Shown here: positions 21,803-31,438 of the stretch, in pieces
How the letters are laid out: every line of letters starts with the position of its first letter
How positions within the stretch are numbered: the first letter of the stretch is position 1
From: Naegleria gruberi
Lineage: Eukaryota
Reading direction: 5' to 3' (one strand)
Assembly: GCA_000004985.1 (NCBI GenBank)
Contig: GG738903.1
DNA length: 64,000 bases
Made by a program: the position numbers and the translations under genes
The notes under the pieces: generated by a model
Databases searched by the model: none
Told to the model about the DNA's origin: nothing
What the model saw: the letters and a program-made list of their open reading frames with translations, nothing else

Positions 21803-23164
21803 ATGCCAAACATCAACATTCGACTTCGACAAGCCAAAAACTTGGCAGCAAAAGACCTTTCCAAAACGTCGGACCCATTGGTAATTTGCACAGTTAACAA
21901 CAAGAAATCATTCAAGACAGAACCAATCATGATGGACTGCAATCCAAACTGGGAAACGCACAAGAAACCAATTAAACATGAATTTACGGTGAATTTTGAC
22001 AAATTAACAGACGTGATACAATTACAAGTGGAAGACTATAACATCTTCTCTAAAAACAAACCAATAGGAAGTTGTCAAATACCTCTTCAATTTTTAGAAA
22101 AATCAAAACCAATGGAATTTACATTTGATTTACGTGATACGAAACAAGCAATTGCTGGACAATTGGTAGTTTTATTGGAAGCAATGGATTTTGGAATTGT
22201 TCCTTCAACAACAACAGTGCCTATGTATCCTCTTCCGACACAGCAACCATATTCTCCTCCTATTTCTGTTGTGCAGACACAGCAACCACAACAACCACAG
22301 CCACAGATACAGCCACAACAGCCACAACAGCAACTAGTTGGAAATTTACAAAGGAATGACAGTAGTCCAACACTTGCTGCACTCAGACATGGATCTTTCC
22401 TGACCAATAATAATACAGGTGTTGGTGGTCAATCACCTATTCAACAGCATCCATTGCAAACTTCTCAGAGTTTTATCATGCAAAAAACGACAATGGATCA
22501 ACAACAATCATCAATGATGATGGGCACAGGAAGTAATAGTGTATATGGAATGCCACTACCACAACAATATGTCAATAATGGAATGCAACAACAGCAACAA
22601 CAGCCATTGACACATTCCAATTCGTTCATTAATTATTCACAACAACCACAACAACAACAACCACCATCAATGTATAATAATTCTCAGCAAGGAGTTAATA
22701 TAATTTCACCAAGTGCTAATAATAATAATAATATTGGAACTCAATATACTCCTCCACAACAGTATAATCAACAGTATAATCAGGGAATTGTTAATAGTCC
22801 AGGAAGTATTTCATCTCCTTCGAATTTACAACCAATGAATAATTCATCATCTTATAATTTAATGAATAATTGTCAACTACAAGGAAATGTACAAGCTCAA
22901 CAAATTCAACAAAATGATAATAGTGTATCTACTCCAAGAAAGGCATTGCCTACATTACCAGTTAAACAAGGAAGTACAAGTCCTCAAACAATTGGTCAAC
23001 CAACAATTGATTCACAAATTCCAAAACCAAATGAGCTACCTCAATCGAATCAATGGACTGGTGTTGTCACTGATCAATACATTGATTATGTAGTTTCCCA
23101 ACTTCCAATTCCACTCTCCATACCAGAATATTACCAACGTTTTGTAAAGCCATTTAAAATATAA
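21803..23164 (+). CDS. C2-domain protein with a long Gln/Pro/Asn-rich low-complexity tail
   Basis: The N-terminal 120 aa (NIRLRQAKNLAAKDLSKTSDPLVICTV...IQLQVEDYN...IGSCQIPL) fit a C2 beta-sandwich. The remainder is poly-Q/P (QQPQQPQPQIQPQQPQQQ...). Confidence 0.65.
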   Translation: MPNINIRLRQAKNLAAKDLSKTSDPLVICTVNNKKSFKTEPIMMDCNPNWETHKKPIKHEFTVNFDKLTDVIQLQVEDYNIFSKNKPIGSCQIPLQFLEKSKPMEFTFDLRDTKQAIAGQLVVLLEAMDFGIVPSTTTVPMYPLPTQQPYSPPISVVQTQQPQQPQPQIQPQQPQQQLVGNLQRNDSSPTLAALRHGSFLTNNNTGVGGQSPIQQHPLQTSQSFIMQKTTMDQQQSSMMMGTGSNSVYGMPLPQQYVNNGMQQQQQQPLTHSNSFINYSQQPQQQQPPSMYNNSQQGVNIISPSANNNNNIGTQYTPPQQYNQQYNQGIVNSPGSISSPSNLQPMNNSSSYNLMNNCQLQGNVQAQQIQQNDNSVSTPRKALPTLPVKQGSTSPQTIGQPTIDSQIPKPNELPQSNQWTGVVTDQYIDYVVSQLPIPLSIPEYYQRFVKPFKI

Positions 23165-23207
23165 ATCCAAATCTGGACATTTGAATGATTTGAAACTTTT
23201 TAAAAAA

Positions 23208-24131
23208 ATGATAAAACGAACAATTGAAACTCTTGTTGATGAAGCAAATGTTGGATCTGAAACAAAAAAGACGAAACTCACTCATGAAGTTTTCAATGAT
23301 GATATTCTGGGTGAAATTTTATCCTTCCATGATGATTTTAAATTCATTGTATTGAATTGTGCATTAGTTTCGAAACAGTGGTTGAATGTCATATTGGAAA
23401 GATCAAGACTTTGTTTTCGATGTTATAGTAACAATTTGAAAGGTCGATTTTTACAAAATATTGCAACTTTGGTGGTGAGATTTGGAACTGTCGAATTTGA
23501 TTATCAAATACTTGGTCTGATGAAACGTTTATCACATCTTCGAGCTTGTTTTAATGATATTGGTGTTGAAGGGGCTAAACACATCAGTCAATTGAAACAA
23601 TTAACTTTTCTTGGAGTGAGTGGTAATTTTGTTGGAGTGGAAGGAGCCAAATACATTAGTCAATTGAAACAATTGACAAACCTAGATATTTGTTTTAATA
23701 ATATTGGAGATGAGGGAGCAAAACACATTAGTGAATTGAAACAATTGAAAAATCTCAAAATTGGAAACAATTACATTGGTGTTGAAGGTGCCAAATATAT
23801 TAGTCAACTGAAACATGTAACCAAGCTTTCTATTAGTTATAACAATGTCAGAGTTGAGGGGGTTAAATACATTAGTGAAATGAAACAATTAACTGATCTT
23901 AACATTGGTGAGAATGTAATTGGTGATGAAGGAGCTAAACATATTAAGAAATTGAATCAATTGACTAGATTAAGTATTTCAGGTGTTGAAATAAGTGAAG
24001 CAGGAGCTAAATACATTTGTGAAATGAAACAATTAACACAGCTCAATATTAAGAATAATAACATTGGCAAAATAGGCAAGGAATATATCTGTACTGAACT
24101 GAAATATTTAATTGATCTTGAAGTGTACTGA
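23208..24131 (+). CDS. F-box-like / leucine-rich-repeat protein (RNI-type LRRs)
   Basis: The first in-frame ATG is at 23208; the track start at 23181 is TTG. FNDDILGEILSFHDDFKFIVLNCALVSKQWLNVI is F-box-like. About 9 near-identical 24-aa repeats follow, ISQLKQLTxLxIxxNxIGxEGAKYI. Confidence 0.65.
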   Translation: MIKRTIETLVDEANVGSETKKTKLTHEVFNDDILGEILSFHDDFKFIVLNCALVSKQWLNVILERSRLCFRCYSNNLKGRFLQNIATLVVRFGTVEFDYQILGLMKRLSHLRACFNDIGVEGAKHISQLKQLTFLGVSGNFVGVEGAKYISQLKQLTNLDICFNNIGDEGAKHISELKQLKNLKIGNNYIGVEGAKYISQLKHVTKLSISYNNVRVEGVKYISEMKQLTDLNIGENVIGDEGAKHIKKLNQLTRLSISGVEISEAGAKYICEMKQLTQLNIKNNNIGKIGKEYICTELKYLIDLEVY

Positions 24132-24221
24132 AGTATAAAAAGAAAAAATTCATTTTCTTTCGTGCATTTGATTTGTACAAATACCATCCATGAAAGGTAA
24201 TCTTCTTGTCTATACTTAAAA

Positions 24222-25871
24222 TTATTTATTCCAATAACTTAATAATTCTTCCATTTTACCATACGAGTTGATGCTAACCTTCCTTAATTTGGCAAAAGTT
24301 GGATTTGTTTGCAAAGCTTTCACACATGCTTTTGATGCAGAAACGGAATGTGCATCAATTTTTCTCAAATTTACCAAATTGGTACACTTGGAAACAAGGT
24401 TTTCATACAAATTGATGCCATCCATATTGCAACATTGACAAATTAATTCCTTCAAATTGGAAAAGACTGGTGAATCGAAAATGATTTCGAATAAAGATTC
24501 TAAACAAGCCAAATCAGAAATATCCAAATATTCCAAGTTAGATAAGGTAGGAGCACTCAAAAAGGTTTCATAGGAACTCTTCAATAAGTTCTTGTTTTCA
24601 CAATATCTAGCACTTGAATGAGAGATAGTGAGCCTCTTTAGATTTGGGCAATGATAAGAGAGTGAAGGAAAGGTTGAAATGTAGGTACTTTTCAAATTCA
24701 AATCAGTGAGTGAGCTTTGAGAGTTTGGTGGACATTGTACAACCTCTGAATTTTCTTGTCTGTAGTGTGCAGTAGGACCTCCAAAAATGTTTGCATTTCC
24801 CCAATTAAAGTTTTCAGCTTTGAGTGTTGTGAGTTTTGGTAAACTTGGAGAAACAATCAAATTTACAAATTCACTATTTGGCATGGAACAATAGGAAAGA
24901 TCAAGTCTAGTAATATTGGTTAAACTTGTCCAAAAGTTTGGGTAAAGAGTCAATCTATGATTTCTAATACCCAAATATTCGAGATTGACCTTATCTTTCA
25001 ACAATTCGGTTAGTCCATAGTCTTCATTTCCAGATTGAGAATGTTGTGCTAATTCTAAATGAGTGAGTTGATTCAAATATTTGGATTCTGAAATGATTTG
25101 CAAAAATGATTTTGGAAAGTCGTGGCTTGTCAAGTCTAATTTTTTAACACTGGACATGAAACTGCTATTGAGTAATTCCTTTGCCTCCTTTTCTGTAAAC
25201 TTTTTCACATTGGCCAAGTTTAATTTTGTCAAATTCTTCATTGAACATTTCTTTAAATTCTTCACACTTTGAATTCCCATATTATTGGATGCTAAATTCA
25301 ATTTTGTCAAATTCTCCAACTTTTTACAATTAGAAAGTACTTGAAATGTATCAACACCAGCAGAAAACAATGATAATGAAGTGACATTCTTGATAAATGG
25401 TCCATCTAACAAACTGGTAATCTCTTCCTTTCCAACTTTGACTGACTTTCGTCTACTATAACTTGCAGTACCTAATCTCACTTTAAAACTAAGTCTTTTC
25501 AAGGTTTCTCTCCACATCTTGGATACCAATTGACAGGAATTCATCAGAACTGGTATATCCAAGAATTGATAAATGTGAAATAAATTATCCGAATTTAATT
25601 GATCGGACGAAACTCTTCTTCTATGCACATCCAACTCCTTCAAGAATTCGTTAATATTACCAACAAATTCATCAATCATACAATTATTATTTACAAAATA
25701 ATGATGACCAACTAATTTCACCTTTTTAGAAAGTGACAGTAATTGATCATTGACATTGGTCATTTCATTAAATAAAGTACCATCAATATTTTCATCAACA
25801 TGTTCATCAACATTTGCAAGTTGTTGATCTGATGTTTCTTCGTGTTTTCTCTTCTTGCTTTGTTTTGGCAT
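24222..25871 (-). CDS. F-box / LRR protein (FBXL/AMN1-like)
   Basis: 549-aa ORF from a true ATG at 25871. F-box LFHIYQFLDIPVLMNSCQLVSKMWRETL. Irregular LRRs with N/L/C-rich consensus follow (LTKLNLASNNMGIQSV, LTHLELAQH..., LEYLDISDLACL). Confidence 0.6.
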   Translation of the reverse strand: MPKQSKKRKHEETSDQQLANVDEHVDENIDGTLFNEMTNVNDQLLSLSKKVKLVGHHYFVNNNCMIDEFVGNINEFLKELDVHRRRVSSDQLNSDNLFHIYQFLDIPVLMNSCQLVSKMWRETLKRLSFKVRLGTASYSRRKSVKVGKEEITSLLDGPFIKNVTSLSLFSAGVDTFQVLSNCKKLENLTKLNLASNNMGIQSVKNLKKCSMKNLTKLNLANVKKFTEKEAKELLNSSFMSSVKKLDLTSHDFPKSFLQIISESKYLNQLTHLELAQHSQSGNEDYGLTELLKDKVNLEYLGIRNHRLTLYPNFWTSLTNITRLDLSYCSMPNSEFVNLIVSPSLPKLTTLKAENFNWGNANIFGGPTAHYRQENSEVVQCPPNSQSSLTDLNLKSTYISTFPSLSYHCPNLKRLTISHSSARYCENKNLLKSSYETFLSAPTLSNLEYLDISDLACLESLFEIIFDSPVFSNLKELICQCCNMDGINLYENLVSKCTNLVNLRKIDAHSVSASKACVKALQTNPTFAKLRKVSINSYGKMEELLSYWNK

Positions 25872-26192
25872 TTTTTTTTCTAGAAGAAAGTGGTTGAAAC
25901 GAAACTTTACAATTATTTCAACCTGTCAATTTAACAGATTTTCCAGAAAATGGAGTGAATTCACAAATTCCACTATTTATTGGCTAATAATAACTGTTCA
26001 ATAATAATTATTCAATTCTGGATTACCATTTATGGTGCTTTCTATAAAAAGTTTAAAATTCACAATTTCAATAAATATTTTCAAATAACAACTTTGATTA
26101 AAACTAGATCATTTGAAAAAGATCTAAAAATTAAATTCCCTTTCACTCAATCAAAAAAAAAGATCAAATTTATTTTTAAATATTAAAAAAAA

Positions 26193-28328
26193 ATGAAGAA
26201 AACTTCTTCCTCGCTAGTGAGGAGTTTTTCTTCCGTGTCTGTTGTGATGAAAAATAAGACAATGCAATCATCAAATTTATCAGCATTGATCAATAATTGT
26301 CAAGTACTATCATCCACGAGGAAAAATGCTAGATTTTATAGTGTAAAGCAAACTCTTGGAGGAAATGAAGCCTCCACTCTTAGACAACAAGTTGCTTCTA
26401 CAACATCGTCATCATCTTATGCTCAACAACATCAAGCACCACCAGTGATTGAGCAAGTTGTTGCCGAAGAATCAACAACAACAACAACATCCGAACCAAT
26501 TATTGAAGAAAAACCACTCTTCTCCAAGAAGGAAATTATGATTCTTGAAAGCGAAAAAACAGCACTTGGACACTTGTTGAAAATTATCGAAAACGTTGAA
26601 GGAAGTGAAGAGGATATTGATCTTTTAAGAAAAAGTATTAATCAATTGGAGGAACATTTCTTGATGGTTATTGTTGGTGAATTTAATGCAGGTAAATCAT
26701 CATTCATTAATGCCATGCTCGGAGATCGTTATTTGAGAGAAGGTATTACTCCAACAACAGCTCATCTTCATGTTATTCGTCATGGAGGTGATTCTAATCA
26801 AAAGTTTGACGAGAGAAATCAACTTGTAAATATGGAACTTCCACTCAAGTGGCTTAAAGGTATTAGTGTTGTTGATACACCAGGTACTAATGCCATTATC
26901 AAGGAACATCAAACAATTACAGAAACTTTTGTACCAAGAGCTGATTTAATCATCTTTTTGACCAGTGCAGAAAGACCATTCTCTGAGAGTGAACACACCT
27001 TCCTTGAAATGATTAGAAAGTGGGGTAAGAAGGTTGTTGTCTGTATTAACAAGTATGATTTACTTCAAAATGAAAAGGAACAGGACGAAGTGGAAGTATT
27101 TGTTCGTGATGGTATTATTCGTTTATTGGGCTTTGAACCTAAAATCTTTTGTGTCAGTGCTAGGAGTGCAATGGATTTCAAACAATCATCAAGAATTTCT
27201 TCATTCTTGGCTCCTGAAGAAAGAGAACTTGCCGAAAAACAAAAAAAGACCAAGTTGGCTGAAAATTGGCTTGATTTGGAAAAGTATGTTTTGGACACTC
27301 TGAATTCTATTGAACGTGCCAAGTTGAAATTCCTTTCTCCACTTGGTGTTGCTCAAAATTTATCTGAAAAGTACTTGACAACCAATATTGAAGAAAGATT
27401 AAAGGTATTGAAAGAAGATAAGAAAACTATGGAAATTATTGAAGAACAACTTCAAGTATTTTATAATGATATGAAACAAGATTTTGAATTGCAACAAGCC
27501 AAATTGGAAAATATTTTCCATGAACTTTCTGAACGTGGTACAGGCTTTTACGATAACTTTGTCAATTTGTCTAATATTTCAAGTTTGATCAAGTCCAAGA
27601 TTGTTGCTGAAGAATTCCAAACTCAAGTTATTGCCAATACTGCCACTCAAATTGAAAATCATGTCTCTGAAGTTATTGATTGGATAATTGACAGAAAATA
27701 CAGACAATGGAAAGCTGTGACAGATTTTGCCAATAAGAGAGCTAGAATTTCACTCCATGAAGATAAATTAGTTGGAACTCTTTCAAGTGATTTCCAATTT
27801 AACAGAAAGGAACTTTTACTCAAAATTGGTACCACAGCTGAAAATGCTGTTAGAAGCTATGATAAGGAACATAATGATACTGAAAAGCTCTTCTCTGAAA
27901 TTGCCTCTGGTCTCAAGGCTACAGCTGCTGTAGAAGTCAGCGCTATTACAATTGGTGTTTCTTCTGCACTCTTGATGCCAACTGCTGCTATGGCAGGTGC
28001 TGGTGTTGTTGGTGCCTTAATGGTTGGTGCTGGTGGTCTCTACGCACTCCCATACAAGAGAGCTACAATGAGAAAGAACTTTATTCGTGAAGTTAACAAG
28101 CTTAAGGAAGTTTTAAAGCAAAGAATGAGGGAAGAATTTGAACGAGAATTATTGTCAAGTATTGATAGTATTAAGAATTCAATTACTCCTTACTCTAGAT
28201 TTGTTAAAGCTGAACATGAAAAATTCTCAACTCAAAAGGAAAGACTCATCGAACTTCAAAAGGTTATTAATCAAATCAGAAAGGAAATTGAAAGCTTACA
28301 AGAGGCTGATATTACTAAAAAGATGTAA
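26193..28328 (+). CDS. dynamin-family large GTPase of the mitofusin / FZO type
   Basis: G1 GEFNAGKSSFINAML, G3 DTPG, G4 NKYD. An S/R-rich N-terminal presequence-like segment. A C-terminal hydrophobic segment (ITIGVSSALLMPTAAMAGAGVVGALMVGAGGLYALPY) is followed by a heptad-repeat tail, the classic Fzo/mitofusin or FZL architecture. Confidence 0.75.
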   Translation: MKKTSSSLVRSFSSVSVVMKNKTMQSSNLSALINNCQVLSSTRKNARFYSVKQTLGGNEASTLRQQVASTTSSSSYAQQHQAPPVIEQVVAEESTTTTTSEPIIEEKPLFSKKEIMILESEKTALGHLLKIIENVEGSEEDIDLLRKSINQLEEHFLMVIVGEFNAGKSSFINAMLGDRYLREGITPTTAHLHVIRHGGDSNQKFDERNQLVNMELPLKWLKGISVVDTPGTNAIIKEHQTITETFVPRADLIIFLTSAERPFSESEHTFLEMIRKWGKKVVVCINKYDLLQNEKEQDEVEVFVRDGIIRLLGFEPKIFCVSARSAMDFKQSSRISSFLAPEERELAEKQKKTKLAENWLDLEKYVLDTLNSIERAKLKFLSPLGVAQNLSEKYLTTNIEERLKVLKEDKKTMEIIEEQLQVFYNDMKQDFELQQAKLENIFHELSERGTGFYDNFVNLSNISSLIKSKIVAEEFQTQVIANTATQIENHVSEVIDWIIDRKYRQWKAVTDFANKRARISLHEDKLVGTLSSDFQFNRKELLLKIGTTAENAVRSYDKEHNDTEKLFSEIASGLKATAAVEVSAITIGVSSALLMPTAAMAGAGVVGALMVGAGGLYALPYKRATMRKNFIREVNKLKEVLKQRMREEFERELLSSIDSIKNSITPYSRFVKAEHEKFSTQKERLIELQKVINQIRKEIESLQEADITKKM

Positions 28329-28422
28329 ATTTAAAAGTATATTAATCTAAAGCAACTATTTTGTGTTAATCACTTTATTCTTTATCACAAAATATATTGA
28401 ATGTTTCAAATCAAAAACAAGT

Positions 28423-28493
28423 TGCATTAGCCGGGAGTCGAACCCGGGTCACCAGCTTGGAAGGCTGGTATGATACCGTTACACTACTAATGC
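28423..28493 (-). tRNA. tRNA-Gly (anticodon UCC)
   Basis: The reverse complement, GCATTAG TA GTGT AACGGTATC ATAC CCAGC CTTCCAA GCTGG TGA CCCGG GTTCGACT CCCGG CTAATGC, forms a complete cloverleaf. The T loop is GTTCGACT and the anticodon TCC sits in loop CTTCCAA. The 3' flank on the minus strand is a T5 run (a Pol III terminator). No encoded CCA. Confidence 0.9.
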
Positions 28494-28520
28494 TTCTCAT
28501 TACATTTCTTAAAATATGAT

Positions 28521-28614
28521 ACTAAACGAGTCAATTATAGCATTTTAAGCATCACTCAAGAGCAAATCAAACACAATCAATTATGCTTAAAATGCTATAA
28601 TTGACTCGTTTAGT
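28521..28614. repeat. perfect 32-bp inverted repeat (hairpin) with a 30-nt loop, about 28 bp upstream of tRNA-Gly
   Basis: 28521..28552 (ACTAAACGAGTCAATTATAGCATTTTAAGCAT) is the exact reverse complement of 28583..28614. The loop is CACTCAAGAGCAAATCAAACACAATCAATT. Confidence 0.9.
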
Positions 28615-28620
28615 GATATG

Positions 28621-29366
28621 ATTCTTGTTTTGTGGGCCAACCAATGCTAAAAATGAGCGTAAACGTTCAGTGAGCCTGAATTGATTTACAATTCTGTTCC
28701 TAACCAAAACAACAAATATTTGGTTTATTAATTATATTCTCACATAGATGCTTGTTATTTGATCGAACGGTCTTTTATCTTTCTGTGTTGGAAGAAACAA
28801 TCAATAAAGTTTTGTGTAATTTTTTAGCTAGTGGTTTGTAAACATTAAAAAAACGAGTTTATTTTGGACATTGCTCGATATCTACTTAATGAATCGTATC
28901 AGATTAAATATCACAATGTTATTTAACAAAATTATTATTGTATTGTTTTGTTGGTTTTATTAAAACTGTTGTTATTCTTAAAATGTTAGCAGATAGATAA
29001 GTTTCGGAAATCACTTACAATGGCAACATTTCTTCACTCCACACAATAAAATACTGTGATTACATGCGATCAAAGGTTGAATTTTGGAATATCATTAAGT
29101 AACTAAAAAGTTTGCTCCCAAAATAACATCCGAATAGTGAGCTAATTTACTTTGGGAAAAAATTACTGTTCAACCGATGGTCCAAGATCTATGAATTGAA
29201 TTATTGAAACAAAGATTGTCCTCAGTTTTATGCACAGTGATGTCTACAACGAAAAAACGATGGTAGTATATTAATGTTTTGAAGGTATACAGACATTGAA
29301 CAATACTGTTGGTCTGTATTTTATCATATTTTTTAGGGTTGGTTGGCCCACAATATACTAAGAATA
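28621..29366. mobile_element. candidate non-autonomous DNA element (MITE-like), about 745 bp, with imperfect terminal inverted repeats of about 35 bp
   Basis: Left end ATTCTTGTTTTGTGGGCCAACCAATGCTAAAAAT (28621..28654). The reverse complement of the right end 29327..29366 reads ATTCTTAGTATATTGTGGGCCAACCAACCCTAAAAAAT. The 14-bp core TGTGGGCCAACCAA is perfect (28631..28644 versus 29339..29352). No ORF longer than 60 aa lies inside. The right end overlaps the last 3 codons of the adjacent minus-strand gene. Confidence 0.4.
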
Positions 29367-30323
29367 TATAAGTACTCCAAATTGTCCACTATCACATACA
29401 TAAAGTAGACCACTTAATGGATCAATAATAATTCCAAAACTCTTATAATTTCCACTAACAGATTTAACTTTTGATAAATCCTCCCTTCTAACCACAACAA
29501 GTCTATAACCACCATTATCTGATACATAAATCAAATCAGAGGCCTTCTCATAGAATATAGAATAGGCAAAATTCATTCTAAAAGATGATTTTCGAATAGA
29601 ATTCCATTTTCCTTGCTGTTTTTCAAATAATTCTAAACAAGAATTATGACTCATTAATATTTCATTCTCAGAAAAGCAATGAATACCAAAACCACCACCC
29701 TCAATTTTCCCAATATCATCATCTAAATATTGTAAATGATCTCCATGTTCACGATCTAATATCATAACTGATTTTTCATAATCCACAACATAGAGTTGGG
29801 ATCCCATAACATCCAATCCCCAGATATTATAGTAAGTTTCTTTAGATTTCCAAACAAGAAGTGGATTCTTCCTCATTATATCAGAAACCTTAATCTTTAC
29901 AACATATGGATCAGTAGATGCATAAATATATTCCTCATCCTTCTCCTTAATCAATTTCAAACAATTAAAACAAGTAATTTCCTCAAACTCAACTTCAAAC
30001 AAGGCCTTCCTTCCAATTGACTTGTTTTCATACTCTTCAGCTGTCTCTGCTCTCGGAAAAACACTCAGTGCCGAACCATTCGTTACAATAAATCTATAAT
30101 AATCATTGGAGAGAACAATATCAAAACAATTCGGACCAACATGCCATGCAGAATAATAACCACTAACATTCAGTGATGAAAATTCGAGAGAGTATCGTTT
30201 GGTGGGGATGATATTAATTTTATATTTTAGGAGGTTAATTAAATTATTATTATCGTGATGATCATCATCAGTGGAAGTAAATTGGGACGGAAGAAAATCT
30301 ATCAGCTCAACCTTTACAGACAT
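29358..30323 (-). CDS. NHL/SMP-30-like beta-propeller protein
   Basis: 321-aa ORF from a true ATG at 30323. The C-terminal blades carry NHL-like signatures (LIYVSDNGGYRLVVV, LLYVCDSGQFGVLIY, SQLYVVDYEKSVMILD). Confidence 0.5.
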   Translation of the reverse strand: MSVKVELIDFLPSQFTSTDDDHHDNNNLINLLKYKINIIPTKRYSLEFSSLNVSGYYSAWHVGPNCFDIVLSNDYYRFIVTNGSALSVFPRAETAEEYENKSIGRKALFEVEFEEITCFNCLKLIKEKDEEYIYASTDPYVVKIKVSDIMRKNPLLVWKSKETYYNIWGLDVMGSQLYVVDYEKSVMILDREHGDHLQYLDDDIGKIEGGGFGIHCFSENEILMSHNSCLELFEKQQGKWNSIRKSSFRMNFAYSIFYEKASDLIYVSDNGGYRLVVVRREDLSKVKSVSGNYKSFGIIIDPLSGLLYVCDSGQFGVLIYS

Positions 30324-30872
30324 TTTTTTTTAAAATTATTTGTAAAGAATATTGTAAAGTTAGGGTGGTGAGGATTAACAGATTCATTTTGATAACATTA
30401 TCAATGGCATTGTTGATTTTATTTCGAATAAAGTGGAGACAGATACAGTTGACATGTTCTCTGTTTGACATTGAAATGATGTATCAGCCATTATCAGAGT
30501 ATATGGCCAATGGTTCTTGAATTGTATGACAAAATCCTCATCTCATCTGCATTGAGTTGTGTTCTATATTCAGTCTCTTCTTTAATTTGTCCATTTTTGT
30601 AGAAAGATTCATGAAGTTTGTTTATTCGAATAAAAAGAATTTAAAAATTTTTGGTGTTTTTGAATTCTATACAAGTCGAACAGGTATTCGTTAAAAAACT
30701 GTGGTTAACATCTCTGATGCGAAGTATTTATCAACTTTCTCTTCATGGATGCAATATACGAAACCATCTGAAAGGGAGGTTTAAAAACTGGATAATTGTA
30801 TCACTTTAAATAGGGAGGATAAACTTCTTTCAACATCTTTCCTTAGTCTTTAGAGCATTAAAAGAAAAAAGA

Positions 30873-31286
30873 ATGAAAACCAATTCAATGGATCGCTTAT
30901 TTGATAATTTGATGAGATTATACTTGACATTGCTGGCAGAAACTCAAACTAATCTTGAACAAATACAAGTTGATAAAACAATAAGTGCCAGTAATCCACA
31001 AGTGTTGGAAGAAAACCAAAAAGTTTCCACTCAGACATCGTACGAAACATCTAATGTAGACAATGATTCGAATAATGTAATTTGTGATACAATCTCGCAA
31101 AGCGAACCACTTCCAAGTAATAGAAACGAAAGCTCATCTACCGATCATACAAACAATAGGACTGAATTGAATTTTGTAATAGTTAGTGCCTCGACCATTT
31201 CAGAGAAATGTTATTCGAAAGTTAAAAGAGGAAGAGGAAGACCAAGAAAAAATACACTAAACAATAATAACAATACCAACAAATAA
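30873..31286 (+). CDS. small AT-hook protein (137 aa), paralog A of a two-member family in this window
   Basis: The conserved N-terminal helix is MDRLFDNLMRLYLTLLAETQTNLEQIQVD. The conserved C-terminal block ELNFVIVSASTISEKCYSKVKRGRGRPRKN ends in a canonical AT-hook (GRP core). It is about 70 percent nucleotide-identical by eye at both ends to 59222..59599. Confidence 0.6.
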   Translation: MKTNSMDRLFDNLMRLYLTLLAETQTNLEQIQVDKTISASNPQVLEENQKVSTQTSYETSNVDNDSNNVICDTISQSEPLPSNRNESSSTDHTNNRTELNFVIVSASTISEKCYSKVKRGRGRPRKNTLNNNNNTNK

Positions 31287-31438
31287 TCATTTCAATCCTT
31301 GATCGATTTCTCTTCCAATTCTCAAGTTCTTTGTTGATTCCAATAGTTTTGTGCTATTCGAAACTGCATACCATAAATTTCTCAATCACTATTGTTTTTG
31401 ATTGAATGAAATTTACTAATAAAAAATAGCTCAACCGT

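Noticed and set aside
22087-22407. Cys/Gly-rich 106-aa ORF on the minus strand (CCGCCGCICGCGCCGCC)
   Set aside because: It is the antisense reading of the CAA/CAG poly-Q codon run of the C2-domain gene, a compositional artefact.
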